Shown: positions 44,407 through 53,978, counted from the stretch's first letter. The stretch: DNA of 64,000 bases from Candidatus Binatia bacterium (GCA_050015455.1 JBEKBJ010000017.1:5375-69374); one strand, 5' to 3'. The notes: a model not told the origin generated them from the letters alone. Program-made: numbers and translations.

Positions 44407-46014
44407 TCACCGTTTCCGCGCCAGGTGGATGCACTCCCGCTGTGCGACGATCACCGACAGCCCGCGATGATCGAGCTCCTCCGCGATCACCTGCACGTTG
44501 CGTGCGTGCGCCTTCAGCACCGGGTCGATCACCCGCAGATGCGGCTCGGCGACCCCGAACCCGCGCAGCGCTCCGAGCAGTCGTTCGCCGCTGCCCAGAC
44601 TGCTCTGCATGCCGGTCATGGCAACGGTGTCGTTGTCGAGGATGATGACGGTCATCGGCGTGTCCTCGGCCGTAGCGGCAAGCAATGTCGGCAGAGCCGA
44701 GTGCGCGAAGGTCGAGTCGCCGATGACTGCCACCGAGTAGCGCAGTCCACCCTGCGCCGCCCCTTTGGCCATGCCGACACTGGCACCCATCTCGACGCAG
44801 GTGTCGATCGCGGTGTAGGGCTCGAGGGCGCCCAGCGTGTAACAGCCGATGTCTGAGAATACGACCGATGGGCTGCGACTCTCCAGCGCCTCATTCAGTG
44901 CTCGATAGGTGTCGCAATGCGGACATCCGGGACAGAGGCTGGGCGGGCGTGCCGGAATGGTGAGGCCCCGAGACGCCGCCGGCTCTGGCGGCAGGCCCAG
45001 AACGGCTGCTAAGCCCGCCGCTGCCCTGTCCGGCGTCAGCTCGCCGCTCGCCGGTATGGTTCCGTCAGATCGCCCGTAAATGCGTGGGCCGGTTCCCGCG
45101 ATGCCGAGCAGCCGCTCCTCCAAGTACGGATAGCCGTCCTCGACGACCAGGATGTCTTCCTTGTCTCGGAGAAACTCCCCGACGAGCCGGGCCGGGGCAG
45201 GGAAAAAGCCGAGTATGAGGTGGTCGAGTTCGACCTCGAGCATCTGCATCGCTTCGAGCGCGTAGTTGCAGCCTGCTCCGGAGCAGACCACGCCTACCTT
45301 CTGCCTCTCCGGCTGCCGTGCCCTAACAATGCGGTTCCACTGGCTCTCCTCTGCCCGCTCAGCGAAGCGGGCGCGCTTTTCCCACAACCGTGCATTCATG
45401 ACACGGGCGTACACCGGCAAGAGGGTCCACGCGCTGCGATCGGCTCCCGTCCGTACGCCACGAGATACGACTGCGGGCTCCGCCAGCCGCACCGGCGCAC
45501 GGCTGTGTGCGATGCGCGTGACCAGACGAACGAGCACCGGCACGTTGAACTCTTCCGACAGCACGAACGCCTCGCGCGTCATGTCGTAGCATTCCTGCTG
45601 GTCGGACGGCTCGAACCACGGCGTGCGGGCGAAATCGGCGTGGTAGCGTGTGTCCTGCTCGTTCTGTGAGGAGTGTATGCTTGGGTCATCCGCGACCACG
45701 ACCACCAGACCGCCCAAGACCTCGACGAGCGCGGAATTGATGTAGGCGTCGAAGGCAACATTCAGGCCGGCGCATTTCATAACGACGAGGGCGCGCTGGC
45801 CGATATACGCCATGCCGAGGGCCTCTTCGTACGCGACCTTCTCGTTGCCGGACCACCGGGCGGAGATCTGTAGCTCGACCGCGCGCTTCTGCAGCCACTC
45901 GAACGCTTCGGTGGCGGGCGTCCCCGGATAGCCAAAAACGCCGCCGATCCCGCTGTCGGCCGCCGCGTGCGCGACCGCCTCATCGCCGAGAAGCAACCTC
46001 GTCCTGTTGCTCAT
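44407..46014 (-). CDS. iorA: indolepyruvate:ferredoxin oxidoreductase alpha subunit (no C-terminal ferredoxin domain visible)
   Basis: 535-aa ORF. N-terminal Pyr domain (LLGDEAVAHAAADSGIGGVFGYPGTPATE), CPGCPH, SDIGCYTLG and TPP motif GDSTFAHS. The last 60 aa contain a single Cys. Confidence 0.85.
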   Translation of the reverse strand: MSNRTRLLLGDEAVAHAAADSGIGGVFGYPGTPATEAFEWLQKRAVELQISARWSGNEKVAYEEALGMAYIGQRALVVMKCAGLNVAFDAYINSALVEVLGGLVVVVADDPSIHSSQNEQDTRYHADFARTPWFEPSDQQECYDMTREAFVLSEEFNVPVLVRLVTRIAHSRAPVRLAEPAVVSRGVRTGADRSAWTLLPVYARVMNARLWEKRARFAERAEESQWNRIVRARQPERQKVGVVCSGAGCNYALEAMQMLEVELDHLILGFFPAPARLVGEFLRDKEDILVVEDGYPYLEERLLGIAGTGPRIYGRSDGTIPASGELTPDRAAAGLAAVLGLPPEPAASRGLTIPARPPSLCPGCPHCDTYRALNEALESRSPSVVFSDIGCYTLGALEPYTAIDTCVEMGASVGMAKGAAQGGLRYSVAVIGDSTFAHSALPTLLAATAEDTPMTVIILDNDTVAMTGMQSSLGSGERLLGALRGFGVAEPHLRVIDPVLKAHARNVQVIAEELDHRGLSVIVAQRECIHLARKR

Positions 46015-46219
46015 ATGCGACGATACTCAGATCGAGGACTAGCATGGCGAACCCGGTTCACCGGAATGGACGGCCGCTAGGAAGGATCTTGGCACGTTGG
46101 ACAGTCCGCCCATGGGGATGCTTCGCATGGTACTCACGAGGTCTTGGTACCATCAGTGTTGCTGCTTGCGCAACGAGGAATAGGAGTGCCTTTCATCATG
46201 GGGAGCCAGGTGTAGTAGC

Positions 46220-46750
46220 TCAGCCCCCGCGTGGTGTGACGATCGCCACGGTGGCCGTGGCCTTCGACACCAAGTGCTCGGTACCCGAGGCGATGCAGAA
46301 GACCTCCGATTCGACTACACTCAGCTGCGTTCCCGGCTTGAGCACCTTGGAGCGGCAGATGAGCCGCTCGCCTTTGGCCGCGCGCAGAAAGTTGATTTTG
46401 AACTCCGCGGTGAGCACGATCTGGGCCGGCGAGACCAAGGTCGCTGCGGCTGCTCCGGCGGTGTGATCGGCCACAGTCGCCTGCACGCCGGCGTGCACGA
46501 AGCCATCTTGCTGGAGGTGTCGCGGCTCGAGCAGCAGCACGCTGGTGCAGGCGCCAGGTTCCAAGGAGTCGAGCTGCAGGCCGAGGTCGACAATAAACGG
46601 CGCACTGCGAAAGATTCGGTTTACTTCATCAGCGTTGGGCGCAGTCACCGGCCATCCTTTCTCTGGCGTTCCGTATACTGTGGGTTGGAGTCCAAGGACG
46701 ATGGTACGTTTGGTATGAATCAAAATATCATGGTCGGCTGCAGATGGCAC
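46220..46750 (-). CDS. PaaI/4HBT-type hot-dog thioesterase
   Basis: 176-aa ORF, SAPFIVDLGLQLDSLEPG...GFVHAGVQATVADHTAGAAA. Confidence 0.8.
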   Translation of the reverse strand: MPSAADHDILIHTKRTIVLGLQPTVYGTPEKGWPVTAPNADEVNRIFRSAPFIVDLGLQLDSLEPGACTSVLLLEPRHLQQDGFVHAGVQATVADHTAGAAAATLVSPAQIVLTAEFKINFLRAAKGERLICRSKVLKPGTQLSVVESEVFCIASGTEHLVSKATATVAIVTPRGG

Positions 46751-47488
46751 TCAAGGCCGCCACCGACACTCCGGACGGAAGCGACGCGCAAAAGGACAGG
46801 CCGGGCGTCACGCAGCTTGCTCAGAATCGTCAGCGGATCGAAGGCGGCGAAGTCTTTCGACGGCATTGGCGAAATTGGCGGCGCTCTGGATCCGTTCCTT
46901 CAAGCCCAACTCGAGAAAGCAATCGAGTAGGCTCTCATCGATCGCATCGTCCTGATCGTGGCACTCGGCGACCATAGCGGCAGTGTGGCACATGACGAAC
47001 GAGAAGGCGAACCGCCGCGGTGTACGTGATCCCTCGGAACATTGATTTTGCACTTTGGTGGAACGTCGCCTCGGACCTGCACCCGCACACGCCATTTCGG
47101 CAGTCGCAAGCCGGAATCGGCTTTGGTTTGGCCCGCTTGCGATGAATATGAGCCAGATCGGTTTTAGATCTGGCGCCATGCCGGACGCGGCGGCCAGAAC
47201 TAAAGTTGGTCTGGCTGCAGCTCATTTGCAAAAAGCCATAATCGTTTCAGGTTCGGCCTGATCTCGAGTAGATGAGGCCAACACAGCTCAAATGTGGCTC
47301 CTAATCTGTTGCAATGCGCCATTCCGGTTTGGAATGTGGCCAGGTTTTTACTGCCGCAGGCTATAACGGTTCCCGACGCGGCAGTGGGTGCCATCGCGGC
47401 GAGGCCGTCAGCCCGTTGAGGAAGGGTGAGCGGTCGGACGCGCGCCACGCCGACCGCGTTTCGGGCAATTCTTACGGCTCACCGCTGC

Positions 47489-47773
47489 TCAGAGAGCCGG
47501 CGTGCGAGCGCCGCGGCGTGCTGGCGTCCTGATATCGTCAGGGCATACGTTTCGTGCCTGTGACGCCCGCTTTTGCTCACCAAACCGGCGGCCAGGTGCG
47601 GCGCGCAGCTGCAGGAGCGACAGCAACTCCGCCAGATTCACGAGGCCTTCGGCTTCCTTGCACTCCGCAGCCGTCAGCCGATCACCGCGATCCTGGCGGT
47701 CGAGCAGTTCTTGGAGACGCTGATTCACAGCGAGCGGCAAACGAAAGCGGGCCAGGTCCTCCGGCATCTCCAA
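47489..47773 (-). CDS. small hypothetical protein (helical; recalls small orphan proteins often found near TA loci)
   Basis: 94-aa ORF, LQELLDRQDRGDRLTAAECKEAEGLVNLAELLSLLQLRA. The C-terminal 30 aa look like read-through extension. Confidence 0.4.
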   Translation of the reverse strand: MEMPEDLARFRLPLAVNQRLQELLDRQDRGDRLTAAECKEAEGLVNLAELLSLLQLRAAPGRRFGEQKRASQARNVCPDDIRTPARRGARTPAL

Positions 47774-47828
47774 CTCGATAGAGTAGCCCGGCGGTTGAAA
47801 CCGCGGCTACGAGAAGCACGAAGCATGT

Positions 47829-47861
47829 CCTGAGCTTGTCGAAGGGTCCGCCTCCGCGGAC
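47829..47861. repeat. dispersed short motif copy C (cctgagcttgtcgaaggg) plus 6-bp/4-nt hairpin
   Basis: The box is at 47829-47846. The hairpin is gtccgc-ctcc-gcggac (47846-47861). It sits next to the Y1-transposase remnant. Confidence 0.5.
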
Positions 47862-47874
47862 TCTGCCAGGGCCC

Positions 47875-48031
47875 TATTATGCAGTTTCTGACCTTCCACA
47901 TACGCTCTGACCCGGGGCACCGACTCCTTGCCGACCGTGAAGGCGCCGTGTGATCCTTGCCACTTGAAGGACTCTTCCGCGCTCTGGTGAGTGACCAGAT
48001 GCGGAGTGGTGCCTCGTTGAGGAACCAACAC
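47875..48031 (-). pseudogene. IS200/IS605-type Y1 (RAYT-like) transposase C-terminal remnant
   Basis: In ORF 47807-48031, FKWQGSHGAFTVGKESVPRVRAYVEGQKLHN parallels the conserved F.WQ..y.a.SVs.s....v..YI.nQ..HH C-terminus of this family. The catalytic N-terminal two-thirds are missing, because the MFS gene ends at 48194. Confidence 0.5.
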
Positions 48032-48193
48032 CGATTACACCCACTATGCCAAAGTCCTTCCGATCAAGCTGCACGTGCTGAGGAGACAGATCGTCCTTCT
48101 GTCCGCTGAATGGAGAACCTCGCCGCGCCCCCCACGGCGCTCGGCAACAGATCGAGGACCGCGCAGAGGATGTAGAGACCTTTCTCCTCAGTG

Positions 48194-49786
48194 TCAGTGC
48201 ATCACGGTTGGCACGCTCGCTCGCACTCGGCGTAGGAAGAAGACGGTTGGGATGCAGGCGAGGGAGAGGAACGCAAGCAGGCGAAAGTTGTCAATGAAGG
48301 CGGCAAACGAGGACTGTTGCAGGAGGGTGCCGTAGACAACGGCGAGTGCCTGCTCCGCGGGACGGATGGCGCCGCGCGTCGCAAGCGCGGCCTGACTGCC
48401 GGCGAGCCATTGCTGGCAGACCGGGGCAAAGGGCGTGAGATTGCCCACCAGCAGCGCTTGATGGCGCTGCGCGTCACGTGCGATGAAGGTCGCAATCAAC
48501 GCAATGCCGACGCTCCCACCGATGTTGCGCATCAAGTTGAAGATCCCAGTGGCGTTCCCGATTGCCTCTCTGGGCACCGCCGCCATCGTAGTTGTGGCGA
48601 GTGGGACGAAGATGAGACCGATCCCCACACCATTCAGAATCGCGGGGGCAATGACATGTCCGATGGAGATCTGCAGCGTGAGGTCACCGAAATAGAAACA
48701 CGACTGGCCCAGGACCAGCAACCCCATCCCGATGAGGAGCCGGGCGTCGACGCGCGCGACCAGGGGACCAGCGATGAGCATCGCGGCGATGGAGCCGAAA
48801 CCGCGCGGGCTCAGCGCCAGCCCGCTCTGCAGCGCCGGGTAGCTCACCAGCGTCTGTAGATACAGCGGCAACATTACCGTGGTGCTGTACAGCACCACAC
48901 CGACGGCGGTCATCATAGCGGTGCCGACGGCGAAGCTTCGATTGCGAAACACGCGCAGGTCGACGATGGGCTGCCGTACCCGCAATTCGCAGATAATGAA
49001 GGCGACGAAGGATACGACGCACACTGCGGACGCGACACAAATCCACGTCGCCGCAAACCAGTCCGCTTCCTCACCCTTGTCGAGCACGACTTGGAGGGTG
49101 CCGAGCGCCAGCGCCATCAGCCCGAATCCGACGTAGTCGATCCGCGGCCGGCCTTCTCCTCGCAAGTACGGCGGATCCTCCAGGAAGGCGTGTATCATGA
49201 CCATTGCCACCAGGCCGATGGGCAGATTGATGTAGAAGCTCCACCGCCACGAGTAGGTATCCGTCAGCCAGCCGCCGAGCGTCGGCCCGATGATCGGCGC
49301 GGTGACGACCCCGACCCCGAAGAATGCCATGGCGATGCCGTGCTGCGCGGGCGGGAAGCTCTCGAGGAGAACGGCCTGCGAAATCGGCTGCAGCGCGCCT
49401 CCTCCCAACCCCTGCAGCACCCTGGCCACCACCAGAAAGCCGAGGCTTTGTGCGACGCCACAAAGAGCCGACGCCCCGGTGAACACGGCAACGCACACCA
49501 GCAGGAAACGCTTGCGGCCGAATACGCGGCCGAACCACGCGCTTGCGGGCAGCACGATCGCGTTGGAGATGAGATAGCTCGTCAGCACCCACGTCGCCTC
49601 GTTCGTACTGGCGGAGAGACTGCCGGCGATGTGCGGGAGCGCGACGTTCACGATGGAGGTGTCGAGCAATTCCATGAACGCTGCAAGCATGAGTCCTATC
49701 CCGACCAGCCACGGACTGGCTGATGGACGCCACACCTGCGAGGAGAGCTGCTCGTTCTGTACTGGCGAAGCGGTAGGCTCACTCAT
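48194..49786 (-). CDS. emrB: DHA2-family (14-TMS) MFS drug efflux transporter
   Basis: 530-aa ORF, highly hydrophobic, with the N-terminal LDTSIVNVALPHI motif typical of the EmrB/QacA subfamily. Confidence 0.88.
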   Translation of the reverse strand: MSEPTASPVQNEQLSSQVWRPSASPWLVGIGLMLAAFMELLDTSIVNVALPHIAGSLSASTNEATWVLTSYLISNAIVLPASAWFGRVFGRKRFLLVCVAVFTGASALCGVAQSLGFLVVARVLQGLGGGALQPISQAVLLESFPPAQHGIAMAFFGVGVVTAPIIGPTLGGWLTDTYSWRWSFYINLPIGLVAMVMIHAFLEDPPYLRGEGRPRIDYVGFGLMALALGTLQVVLDKGEEADWFAATWICVASAVCVVSFVAFIICELRVRQPIVDLRVFRNRSFAVGTAMMTAVGVVLYSTTVMLPLYLQTLVSYPALQSGLALSPRGFGSIAAMLIAGPLVARVDARLLIGMGLLVLGQSCFYFGDLTLQISIGHVIAPAILNGVGIGLIFVPLATTTMAAVPREAIGNATGIFNLMRNIGGSVGIALIATFIARDAQRHQALLVGNLTPFAPVCQQWLAGSQAALATRGAIRPAEQALAVVYGTLLQQSSFAAFIDNFRLLAFLSLACIPTVFFLRRVRASVPTVMH

Positions 49787-49857
49787 TGCGCTGTATGTTC
49801 ACTGCAACCACCGACCGCCCCCATCCGCTGGCGTGAGCCAGTGAGAATGGCGGCTGT

Positions 49858-50940
49858 TCACGGCGCAACTCGCTGCGGGCGTCGTGGCAGCAACAGCGGG
49901 CCTTCCCGCCGGCTGGTGTCGATCGTCACGGTAGTGGACAGACCGACCCAAAGCGGGTGGTCGGGCGGCAGCGGCGCGTCGAGCGCAATGCGCACCGGGA
50001 GGCGCTGCACGACCTTGATCCAGTTGCCGGTGGCGTTCTCCGCCGGGAGGAGCGCGAACGCCGCACCGGTTCCGGGGGAGATGCTTTCCACGTGCGCGTT
50101 GTAAACCACCCCGGTGTAGATGTCGGCTACCACCGTCGCGGGCTGGCCGACACGCACGTCGGTGAGCTGCGTCTCCTTGAAGTTTGCTTCGATATAGACG
50201 GCTTGAACCGGGACCACGGCCATCAACGGCTGCCCGGGTTGTACCCGCTGGCCCACCTCGACGCTGCGTTTTGCGACCACGCCTGCCGTAGGTGCATGCA
50301 GCTCGGTATACGAAAGCAACAGCGCGGCCTGATCGCGTGCCGCCTGCGCCTGGCGCACGACGGCCGCTGCGGTTGCAGAGGCATCGAGTGGGATGCCGAG
50401 GGTGGCAAGTGCGCGCTCCGCTTCACGCTGCGCCTCGGCGTGGCGCGCCTCGGCGGCACGCAACACCGTGCGCGCCTTATCGAGGCGGTCGGGTGATACT
50501 ACTTTGCGTTCGGCGAGTTGCGCCGCGCGGGTGTGATCGAGCCGCGCTTGAGCCAGTTCCGCCTCGGCCACTTCGACCTGGCTCTGAGCCGCGCGTACCG
50601 CGGCCCGCGTCTGCTCAACCTGCTGCACCGCGACGGCGAGGTTCGCCCCGGCCTGTCGCACGCCCAGTTCATAGTCGGCGGTGTCGAGCTGCACGAGCAG
50701 GTCCCCGGCGGCAACCTGCCAATTCTCGTCGACCAGGAGCGCGGTCACGGTGCCGGGGATGCGCGGCGTGACTTGCGCGACATCAGCGTGCACGTAGGAG
50801 TCATCGGTACTTACGTGCGTGCGGTAGAACAGCCACCAGCGGATGCCGACGACGACGAACGCCGCCGCTACGATGGCGGCCGCGCCTACGAGTACCCCAC
50901 GCCGCGCCCACGACCCTTGTCCGCTATTGCGATCGGTCAC
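49858..50940 (-). CDS. emrA: HlyD-family membrane fusion protein
   Basis: 360-aa ORF with an N-terminal TM anchor, a coiled-coil region (AEAELAQARLDHTRAAQL...) and a beta-barrel domain. It lies upstream of the MFS pump. Confidence 0.88.
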   Translation of the reverse strand: MTDRNSGQGSWARRGVLVGAAAIVAAAFVVVGIRWWLFYRTHVSTDDSYVHADVAQVTPRIPGTVTALLVDENWQVAAGDLLVQLDTADYELGVRQAGANLAVAVQQVEQTRAAVRAAQSQVEVAEAELAQARLDHTRAAQLAERKVVSPDRLDKARTVLRAAEARHAEAQREAERALATLGIPLDASATAAAVVRQAQAARDQAALLLSYTELHAPTAGVVAKRSVEVGQRVQPGQPLMAVVPVQAVYIEANFKETQLTDVRVGQPATVVADIYTGVVYNAHVESISPGTGAAFALLPAENATGNWIKVVQRLPVRIALDAPLPPDHPLWVGLSTTVTIDTSRREGPLLLPRRPQRVAP

Positions 50941-51120
50941 TTTCCTGACTCCCTCGATTTCTCACTCGGTGTGTTCCAGCACGCGTTCGAAGGGCAGCGT
51001 GAATCGCTGCGTGCGTAGCGCGGGCGCGACTCCCGGCCTCGTCGAGCGTGAGGAACGACGTTCCCTCCGCACGGCCCACTGTGAAGCCTACCCCGGCCGC
51101 TAGCGACAACCAGGGGCGTG

Positions 51121-51774
51121 TCATGGAGGACCGAATAGCCGGCGGACGTTTGACCAGACTTCTCTGGCGACGGAGGCGGGGGCCCGTGGCGTCTTTCGGC
51201 CGAGCCACTCCGCCATTGCGGCGTTGAGCCCGCCCACGAGAAGGAGCGCCACCACGCGAGCGGAGCGTCGCCGCGCCGGCGGAAGCGCGGTCCGGCACAG
51301 CGATTCCACCTCACCAATCAGCTCCTCATACCGGGCCGCCGCCTTCTCGCCCAGACGTGAACGGATCTCCCACGGAAAGCCTTGCGTTGCCGCCAGGTAG
51401 AGCCGGAAGAAGGCCGCTTCAGCGGCGAAGTAGTCGAATGCGCCGCGCACCAGCCGCTCGATCCGGGCCAGCGGCGGACCTTCACTTGTGACACCTCGAA
51501 CCGCCTCGACGAAACGGTCCATCCGCCGCTCCATCACGCGCACGAAAAGCTCCTCCTTTCCGGAGAAAGCCTTGTAAAGTGTGCCGAGTGCCACCTCACT
51601 ACGGCGGGCGATATCCTGCATCGACGCGCCGGCGAACCCGCGTTCCAGAAAAACCGCCTCGGCCGCGTCAAGCAACCACGCGTTCCTAAAAGCGCGCTCG
51701 TGGATTTTTCTCCTTGTGGAACTGGGTTCCATAAAATGATGCCGCATTCTATCACTAGGGGTAAAGCGCCTCAA
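51121..51774 (-). CDS. TetR/AcrR-family transcriptional regulator
   Basis: 217-aa ORF with the HTH LLDAAEAVFLERGFAGASMQDIARRSEVALGTLYKAF. Confidence 0.9.
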   Translation of the reverse strand: MRRFTPSDRMRHHFMEPSSTRRKIHERAFRNAWLLDAAEAVFLERGFAGASMQDIARRSEVALGTLYKAFSGKEELFVRVMERRMDRFVEAVRGVTSEGPPLARIERLVRGAFDYFAAEAAFFRLYLAATQGFPWEIRSRLGEKAAARYEELIGEVESLCRTALPPARRRSARVVALLLVGGLNAAMAEWLGRKTPRAPASVAREVWSNVRRLFGPP

Positions 51775-51849
51775 CCGGAATTGTAGGCGGACGAGCAGGG
51801 CTCAGTCGCAATCACGAAAAAATGGCCGCCCCTCCCGTCTTCGCGGCAC

Positions 51850-53028
51850 TCAATCGACCACGGCCGCCACGACCATGTCGGACAGGCGCTGGTGGCGCAT
51901 GATGCTGTGTCCCTCTTCCATCAGCCCGGCGGAAAGGAAGACATAGGTGAGCGCCCGCTCGGGGTCGACCCAGAAGACGGTGGACCCGGCGCCGAAGCCG
52001 CCGAAGGTACGGGGCGAGGTGTTGAGTCCCAGCTGCGTCGGGAAGAGGCCGCTGCCACGCACGAAGAAGGTGAGGCCAAGATGCGCGGGAATCTCGGGCC
52101 AGCCGTACATCTCCCGCATGTAGTCCATCAGATGGTTCGGCAGCTCTCCCGTCTGATTCGTCGTCGCCAGCTCGACGGTCTCCGGACTCAGCACGCGGTT
52201 CCCGTTGAGCTGGCCGCCCCGTCGCAGCATCTCCGCGAACAAGAACACGTCGTGGACCGTCGACACGGCGCCGCCCGACGGCAGCTCGGTGTCCTCGGCG
52301 ACGATGTAGTTCATGCCCTCGATCAGGAGCGGATCAAAGAGCCCCGGGGTCGTGTCGCGCACGACAACGGGCACGATCCGCTTCTTCAGCCGCTCGGGTA
52401 ATCCCAGTGCTGTCTCCTGCATCCCCAAGGGCGCAAAAAGATCTTGCGCCAGGATCTCGCGGAAGGGGCGCTGCTCTTCGTCGCTCCTCTGAACCATCGC
52501 CGCAACGATGGCATGGGCCGTGACCGGGTTGTAGGTCACGATCGTTCCGGGCATGAAGAGCACCCGCTCGTTGCTCAGCGCCGCGACGACCGCCTCAATG
52601 TTGCCGAGCTTGTCCATCGGGAAGGTGAAGGGAATCTCCGTGTTCAAGCCGCTCGTATGCGTGAGGATGTGGGCGACCGTGATGTTCTGCTTGCCCTTGA
52701 TGCCGAACTCGGGGATGAGGTCCTTGATGGGCGTCGTGAGCGTGAACTTGCCCTCCTCGATGGCCATCAGGACCCGCGTCGCCGTGAACTGTTTGGTGAT
52801 GGACATGATGAAGAAGACATCGTCCGTCTTCGTCTTGCGCCCGCTGGCGAGGTCCGAGTGGCCGGCCGCCTCGTGCAGGACGACGATCCCCTCGCGCGCG
52901 ACCAGGAACGCCGCCCCATCATAGAGACCCTTCGCGGTGTCCTCTTCGATCGCCCGCTTCAGCTTCAACAGACGATCGGGATCGAGCCCTAGTTTTCTCG
53001 CTTCGCTAATATCTGCTGTCGCAACCAT
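51850..53028 (-). CDS. serine hydrolase (beta-lactamase/esterase class C fold)
   Basis: ORF 51850-53151 starts with GTG. The ATG at 53028 follows GAGGGG and gives about 392 aa. S-x-x-K motif SITK and HTSGL. Confidence 0.85.
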   Translation of the reverse strand: MVATADISEARKLGLDPDRLLKLKRAIEEDTAKGLYDGAAFLVAREGIVVLHEAAGHSDLASGRKTKTDDVFFIMSITKQFTATRVLMAIEEGKFTLTTPIKDLIPEFGIKGKQNITVAHILTHTSGLNTEIPFTFPMDKLGNIEAVVAALSNERVLFMPGTIVTYNPVTAHAIVAAMVQRSDEEQRPFREILAQDLFAPLGMQETALGLPERLKKRIVPVVVRDTTPGLFDPLLIEGMNYIVAEDTELPSGGAVSTVHDVFLFAEMLRRGGQLNGNRVLSPETVELATTNQTGELPNHLMDYMREMYGWPEIPAHLGLTFFVRGSGLFPTQLGLNTSPRTFGGFGAGSTVFWVDPERALTYVFLSAGLMEEGHSIMRHQRLSDMVVAAVVD

Positions 53029-53184
53029 GCGCCCCTCTCTCACGACGTTCTCTGATCCGAACCGGTCCGCTTCTTCTGCAGTTCCTGTTGGCACAGCCGT
53101 CTGTCCGGCGTGCTCAGTACCGCCAGTGACGCCGTCATTGTCGCTCTGCACCGTGCAAGGGTCAGGCCGCCTTGCTCATTCCGT

Positions 53185-53481
53185 TCAGGCACGGGCCATA
53201 TTCTCCAACTTCCGCCGGGGAGAAACCACGCGGCGGCTTTCGCGCTCCAGGAATTCGTTGATCAAATCGAACGACTCGACGCAGATCTCGGCGTGGATCT
53301 CGTCGATGCCGCCGAAGTAGTAGTAGATCGCTCCCGGCGACAGCTCGGCAGCGAGGGCGATGTCGCGAATGTTAGTCTTGAAATATCCTTCCTTGAGGAA
53401 TACCGCTTTGGCGGCACCAATAATCCGGTCCCTCCTCTCCATTCGCTCCGGTTGCCTTCGCCTCGCCAAGATCTCCTCCAT
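53185..53481 (-). CDS. TetR-family HTH domain only (truncated regulator, possible pseudogene)
   Basis: 98-aa ORF, IIGAAKAVFLKEGYFKTNIRDIALAAELSPGAIYYYF. No room or frame for the usual ligand-binding domain of about 100 aa. Confidence 0.6.
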   Translation of the reverse strand: MEEILARRRQPERMERRDRIIGAAKAVFLKEGYFKTNIRDIALAAELSPGAIYYYFGGIDEIHAEICVESFDLINEFLERESRRVVSPRRKLENMARA

Positions 53482-53623
53482 CAGATCCGCCCGCAGGATA
53501 TAAACGACGTTTTAATACCATGTGATGTTCGAACCGTCAAACAAACGCGAGAACCCGGGCCGTGAAACGGCAGATTCGCCTTGCCGGGCCCGGGCATTTC
53601 AGGTAGAGGGCCTTGCATGTGAC

Positions 53624-53696
53624 GGGGCTGTAGCTCAGTTGGGAGAGCGCCTGAATGGCATTCAGGAGGCCGACGGTTCGACTCCGTTCAGCTCCA
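53624..53696 (+). tRNA. tRNA-Ala (anticodon GGC)
   Basis: Hand-folded cloverleaf. Acceptor stem GGGGCTG/CAGCTCC with G3:U70. D-arm GCTCAGTTGGGAGAGC. Anticodon stem-loop CCTGA-ATGGCAT-TCAGG. T-arm GACGGTTCGACTCCGTT. CCA is not encoded. Confidence 0.92.
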
Positions 53697-53705
53697 CTGG
53701 TTTGA

Positions 53706-53978
53706 GTGTCGCGCTTGTCCGCACTGCGGAAATCACGCCTCTGGCGTGCCTGGTGGACCTTCTGTGTGGCGGTCGCCTTGCTGGCTGCGGTCTCGGTACT
53801 TGGTAGTTGCGCCGCACATCAGCCGCAGCCGACGATACCGGAGGACGACAACATCGAGGAGGCTCAGCCGCTCGCTGATGATGAGAGCCTCGCCGACAAA
53901 GCTGGGGAGGTAGGAGTCGTCGGCTTGGTGGTCGCCATCATCGTCGGGGGCATCCTTCTGCCGATATTCCTGCTCTGA
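53706..53978 (+). CDS. possible small lipoprotein with C-terminal TM helix
   Basis: 90-aa ORF with a GTG start 10 nt after the tRNA. Lipobox VLGSC, an acidic middle and a hydrophobic tail VGVVGLVVAIIVGGILLPIFLL. Confidence 0.4.
   Translation: MSRLSALRKSRLWRAWWTFCVAVALLAAVSVLGSCAAHQPQPTIPEDDNIEEAQPLADDESLADKAGEVGVVGLVVAIIVGGILLPIFLL

Noticed and set aside
46808-47179. 123-aa minus-strand ORF, with other short ORFs, in the 46.75-47.49 kb gap
   Set aside because: - No recognisable motifs.
- Mixed composition.
- Several competing overlapping ORFs of similar length.
- The region is better described as unassigned, possibly degraded accessory DNA.
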